Shown here: piece after piece, positions 58,636 through 64,000 of the stretch
Layout: the number at the start of each line of letters is the position of its first letter
Numbering within the stretch: position 1 is the first letter of the stretch
Assembly: GCA_024137785.1 (NCBI GenBank)
Contig: JAHRHZ010000274.1
Coordinates: 17,784,871 to 17,848,870 of the forward strand
Direction of reading: 5' to 3'
Length of the DNA: 64,000 nt
Origin: Ginglymostoma cirratum
Lineage: Eukaryota
The notes under the pieces: model-generated
What the model saw: the letters and a program-made list of their open reading frames with translations, nothing else
What the model was told of the DNA's origin: nothing
The model's database searches: none
Position numbers and translations under genes: made by a program

Positions 58636-60969
58636 AGATGTCAATAAAACATATAATGAGAAAAGAATCCACTCTACTCACTATTGTAGATTTTTTTTAA
58701 AAAAAAGTAAGGTTACACTTTTAAAAAGTCATTTAGCTGCTCCCCTGCAGTGAGCTCTCCCACACAGGTTTCCCAAGGTCAGTTGTGAGTTTCACTGTTT
58801 GTTAATTTTTTCTTAGACGAACTCTGATGCCCAGGGATACTTGAAATCAAACAGCAGAATAGTCAGCTGTGTAGATTCACTGCTGGGTCAGACAGCACTG
58901 CAGGTTTATTTCTCCATTTGATTCACTGCCTATGTGGTCACTACCTTTGTCTTCCTCCTTTTTAAAGTGCCATTGGTTTGTTTTTTTTAACCGAAGTTCC
59001 AAAGCAATGCAACAGCTTATAAAAATTAATTACTGCTCCTAGAATTTGAGGAAATCATCTCCAATACTGAAAATACCTCAAAAGAGCAGCTCTTACAGCC
59101 ACAACGTTTTCCTGTCCTCTGCCTTGAATTACCCAGAATCCTTTTTGCAGTAATTGCCTCAACCACTTGGCCAATTTGTAATTTGCAGAACCAGTCACAT
59201 ATAAGCTAGGGCGTATAAGACATCACTTTTGAGTGTCTTGGGAAGCCCATACATACATGAATACAGTGAACATAAGGATGAATCCCATCATTTACTGCAT
59301 CTTCAGCAGTACTCCAGTTCTGTGCTACCAACCAACAATCAATTCTATTTAAAATAGAAAAGGACTAGTAATGTAGACACTACTCAGTTTCATAAACAAA
59401 TGCAGCTCATATTGGTTATTTAGGTGCGAGACAGTTGGTGAGAAACGAGAAACCTCTGGCCCTCCACCTCTTCTGAGCATGACTGTGTTGTTGTTTTTAG
59501 CAGCAAGGTGTTTAAAATTATCATAACTGCACATATTTTCTCTTCCAAAGCTAACTAAAACTTCTTCCAGCGTGAAAAATTTCATTTTCTGGTTTGCACA
59601 AAGGTTGACTTAATTTCCAATCTGTCCAGTTACTAACATGAACATACTAAAGCATTATAAGCTTAGCATTTCCTGCACTCTATCTTTTTTCTCACTTTCC
59701 TCTGTTGAAGGTAGCGACTCATGCTTGTGTCATGGTCAGAACAGGCAAGAGGATGTTGCATGTTTTAATTGAAAACAAAAGTTGGCTGACAGCACATCAG
59801 GTGATTCTGGCAATATCAACTGCAGACAACACCTGAAACTCAAAACAAAATGCACATTAAAACTTTTAAGCCCTTTTGTTGATGAACTGTAAGCAAGTTA
59901 AGACATTTCTGAATCAGCCAACTTGTTCTCCTGGGCCAGAGACTCTTCAAAACTCGATGTCCTTTCATTAAAGAACATCAAAGGATTATTCGTATTGGCT
60001 GAGAAGAGGACCCTGGCTGTGTCTCAAAGGGTGAAAGACCATCATAAAGAATGTGCATTGGCCCAACACATGATCCGTTTTGGAAGAAGGGCTTTGGACT
60101 TGAAAGAGGATTACATTATTAAGCCAGTCTGTTTGTGACCTGCCTTTAACAATAATGGCAGAATATCCTATGAATACAACCTTAAGGTGATACAGAGAGC
60201 AGAAAGAAAGCTGACAACATTGTTAAGCGACAGGAAGCAGCTGACTGCTTAAAAGTGGTGCTGCAGAATGTAAAATAAAGTCCCCTATACAGTTAAAAAG
60301 TCTATCCTGTTTTGAAGTTGATTGCTCTTCTTTGCAATATCACTTTCCTTCTTTCCAACAACCACCCAATCTTCCTTCCACTCTCCTGCAGCATTCTGAT
60401 TCCCCACCCACTCCCTGGCCTTCCTGACACTCCCAGATAACAAGGAGGCCTCCTACACTGTTCATTCCCTCACCCAGTGACAGTCTTTGTCCCACTTTTG
60501 CCAAGACCCCAACCCCAGTCTTGCTTCCCCAGCCCCTCATCAGCAACGCATGTGCATGGAATATGGTGACATTATCGGCACATGTGCAGCCATTCCTGTG
60601 ACCTGTATCACCACAGCCAGTTGACAAATTATGTATATTCACTCTGAAAAGTGAAACATCACGAGAAATCTCAGCTGATAAGTCAAAAAAAAAATCTCTA
60701 CCTATCAGTTCCATCAACAAATTCACCTGATGGCTGACCTCCTGAGAATTCAACCACAAGAAATCTCAGGGCTTATTGAAAAAGCTTCAGTTTTATCAAA
60801 CCTGCACTCCAGCTGAAGAATCAATTGAGCTTAAAAAAAACTACAGGGTGACTGCAAAGGAGTCTGAACTCATTATAACATATGATTGTAATCTTTCTTT
60901 TCATTTGAACAAGATCTTTGTGTATGTGATAATTTGTGTGAGATGCCTCAAATAAAAAAAAGTTCTAGT

Positions 60970-61830
60970 ACAAAAGAAGGTTATCTAGGATTACAAAGAG
61001 ATCTTGATCAATGGAGTCAATGGGCTGAGGAGTGGCAGAGGGAGTTTAATTTGGATAAATGTAAGATATTGCATTTTTGTAAAACAAACAAGGGCAAGAC
61101 TTATACTAGGGCCCTGGGTAGCGTCGTAGAACAGAGAGATCTAGGGGTCCAGGTACATAATTCTTTGAAATATACGTCACAGGTAGACAGGGTAGTTAAG
61201 AAGGCACTTAGCATGCTTGCTTTCATTGTGCAGACCTTTGAGTATGGGAGTTGGGACATCATGTTGAAGTTGTAAAGGACATTGGTGAGGCCTCTACTGT
61301 GGTACTGTGTCCAGTTCTGGTAGCCCTGTTATAGGAAGGAGATTGTTTAACTGGAAAAAGTTCAGAAAATATTTACCAGGATATTGCTGAGAACAGAGGT
61401 TTTGTGTTATAAAAATAGGTTTGATAGGCTGGGATATTTTTTGCTGGAGCATAGGAGGTTGAGGGGTGACTTTATAGAGGTTTTTAAAATCATGACGGGC
61501 ATAGATAAGGTGAATAGCAAAAGTCTTTACCTTAAGGCGGGGGATTTCAAAATTAGAGGGTATATTTTTAAAGTGAGAGGAGAAAGATTTAAAAAGGATA
61601 TGGGAAGCAACTGTTTTACACAGTGTCCAGTGTGTGGAATGAACTGCCAGAGGAAGTGATGGACACAGGTGCAGTTACAACATTTAAAAGACATTTAGAT
61701 AAGAACATGAATTGGGAAGGTTTGGAGAGATATGGGCCAAATGCAGGCAAGTGGGACTAATTTAATTTGGGAACATGGTTGGCATAGACTGCTTCGACCA
61801 AAGGGTCTGTTTTCATGCTATATGACTGTA
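60970..61830 (+). mobile_element. CR1 LINE 3' fragment
   Basis: LQRDLDQ...FNLDKCKILHF...EQRDLGVQVHNSLK and RLRGDFIEVFKIM (ORFs 60934..61659). Confidence 0.88.
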
Positions 61831-62796
61831 TACTTTGATGACATGTGTGTGATAATAAATAATCTGCTTTATTTTTAAATTCACAAGCCCATTGAAGTGT
61901 TTTCAGTTGGGACAAATCACCATGACGCTAAGAAATTACACACACTTCACACATAAATACCTAATGATCATGGACAATAATGAAGCAAATAATTTCTGTG
62001 CATGACATCAGGTTTAGCTCTGTGGATGCTGGTAAATCTCCGGTGCAATAGCTCAATGGTTGTAATTGTCCTGAACTGTATATCATAGAGCAATCCAATT
62101 TTCATTCAATATCTGTGTCTTTTCATTGGTGCCTTTGGATAGTGATTAGGAAATGAAACCTTGATGGTTTTACTTTGTCCTTATCCAGACAGCAACAGTA
62201 GCATCCCACTTTGATCTAGCGGAGATCAATTAGCTCAGTTTAAAATAAAGATGGTCTTTTTCATTATTTTTAAGCCAGAATTGCTAATATGGAATTGTGA
62301 TTAGTGTGCTTTCTCCATCTGATGTCCAAATATGACATTTATACATATAAGATATGCAGGAATGCTCAAATGAACGAGTTATCGTCTTGACTGAAATCAG
62401 TGTCATAGTTTTGTAGTTCACGCTTACCCCTTCTGATTTTTCAAGAAAATTTTAGCCAGTGGGAAAAAGCAACTTGGATGTATTCTGTTTGTGTCCCTGA
62501 TTCCAATTGTTTTCCCTTGGTGGGTAGGATGGGGGGCATTGATAGTGGAGTATGTATCCTCTCCCATTTGTTCCTGTTAAAGACTTGCAAATTAAGGAAA
62601 CTCGGGTTTCTCATCACTTGCACTCTACAAATGATGAATGCTGGGGCTACTTATTATTATGTGATCAACGAGGGTACCCTAAAGTTGATTTTGCAGTGTC
62701 TGTCTGTTCACAGGGCCCACTTGTGTGCCTTAAAAGAAAAATTTCCCTAAATCAGGCATCATTTTAATCCTGTGGAAAGACCCAGAGTAATGCCAC

Positions 62797-63040
62797 TATT
62801 TTTTTTCATTTGTGGGATGTGGACGTTGCTGGCTGGGCCGGCATTTCTTGCCCATCCCTAGTTCCCCTTGAGAAGGTGGTGGTGAGCTGCTTTCTTGAAC
62901 TGCTGCAGACAACTTGCTGTAGGTTAGCCCACAATACCATTAAGGAGGGAATTCCAGGATGTTGACCCAGCCACAGTGATAAATTTCCAAGTCAGGATAG
63001 TGAGTGGCTTGGAGGGAACTTGGAAGTGGTGGTGTTCCTA
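62797..63040 (-). mobile_element. L2-like LINE 3' end; related fragment at ~36010-36270
   Basis: Minus strand ends ...ggggaactagggatgggcaagaaatgccggcccagccagcaacgtccacatcccacaaatgaaaaaaa, the same tail type as the 63050 SINE. Confidence 0.65.
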
Positions 63041-63049
63041 TTGCCATAG

Positions 63050-63406
63050 GGGGAGGCAATGGCCTAGTGGTGCTATCACTAGAATGTTAATCCAGAGACC
63101 CAGTTAATGTTCTGGGGACCTGGGTTCAAATCCTGCCACGGCAGAAGGTGGAAATTGAATTTAATAAATATCTGGAATTAAGAATCTAAAGATGACCCTG
63201 AATCCATTGTCGATTGTTGGAATAACCCATCTGGTTCACTAATGTCCTTTAGGGAAGGAAACTGCCATCCTTACCTGGTCTGGCCTACTTGTGACTCCAG
63301 ACCCATAGCAATGTGGTTGACTCTTAACTGCCCTCTGGGCAATTAGGGATATGCAATAAATGCTGCCTAGCCAGCGATACCCTCATCCTGTGAATAAGTA
63401 AAAAAA
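63050..63406 (+). mobile_element. tRNA-derived SINE with L2-type 3' tail, near full length
   Basis: A box TGGCCTAGTGG, B box GGGTTCAAATCC, tail gcaataaatgctgcctagccagcga...gaataagtaaaaaaa. Confidence 0.8.
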
Positions 63407-64000
63407 GTATAGATCCCTAACATTGGTTCAATCCTGAGAATACACCAGGAAGCGTGGCTCAGTTATATGAATGGCACTGCCCCAAAGACCAGCAATGGAC
63501 TCCAGGGTGAACCAACGTTCACAGGTGTGCCTAAATAGGGTGGCATGGCAGCAAGAATAGACCCACATATCTCTGGATTGCATCACGTCACTGGACTATC
63601 AGTGACTGTTTTGTACCCTCTAATATAACGAGTCACTCAGACATTATTTCTGAAATCAAATTTAATAAAACAGAGATCCTGAGAGGATTTCAAAACAATA
63701 CCTAATTTGCTTCTCCCTCCATTCCAATATAGACTGAAGCAAAAATGAATAAAATGACATTCTTAAATAATCACTTGTGACTTTTATTTGAAATAGATGA
63801 AAACAGTGAACACCCGCAATCTAATTTACAGCAATAATTAATGAAATAGATTGAGTGAAAAAATTGGTGTACAGGAAAGTTTCAAACTGCAGTTGATTTT
63901 TACATATGATTGACTTCTGATACCTGATACTTTTCCATATGACTCACATTGGCTAATCTGCCTTTCTAACTTCAAGAGAATTTCAAGGTTGGATTAAGAT

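Overview
AT-rich vertebrate genomic DNA with one 400-N assembly gap (37441-37840). The HE1-like SINEs, CR1 LINEs and Penelope-like elements suggest a shark or other elasmobranch (inference). The only host gene I can fully reconstruct is ornithine decarboxylase antizyme 1 (OAZ1) on the + strand. It has five coding exons at 25154-31143 and is largely missed by the ORF track because it needs splicing plus a programmed +1 ribosomal frameshift at TCC-TGA-T (26517-26523). The site is followed by an intact vertebrate antizyme pseudoknot. ORF1 is 56 aa and the frameshifted product is 214 aa. The gene has a CpG-rich TATA/GC-box promoter with ZNF143-like sites and three AATAAA signals, one overlapping the stop codon. 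The rest is mostly transposon-derived: CR1 and L2 LINE fragments, tRNA-derived SINEs, a decayed Ty1/Copia (GalEa-like) relic, and at least four Penelope-like (PLE) families. Several PLE insertions are fold-back (inverted) structures with 13-15 bp target-site duplications (TSDs), carry minimal hammerhead ribozyme cores, or are nested in one another. The antizyme recoding system is well known rather than new. The fold-back, ribozyme-bearing PLE architecture and a few local features are the least explained parts.
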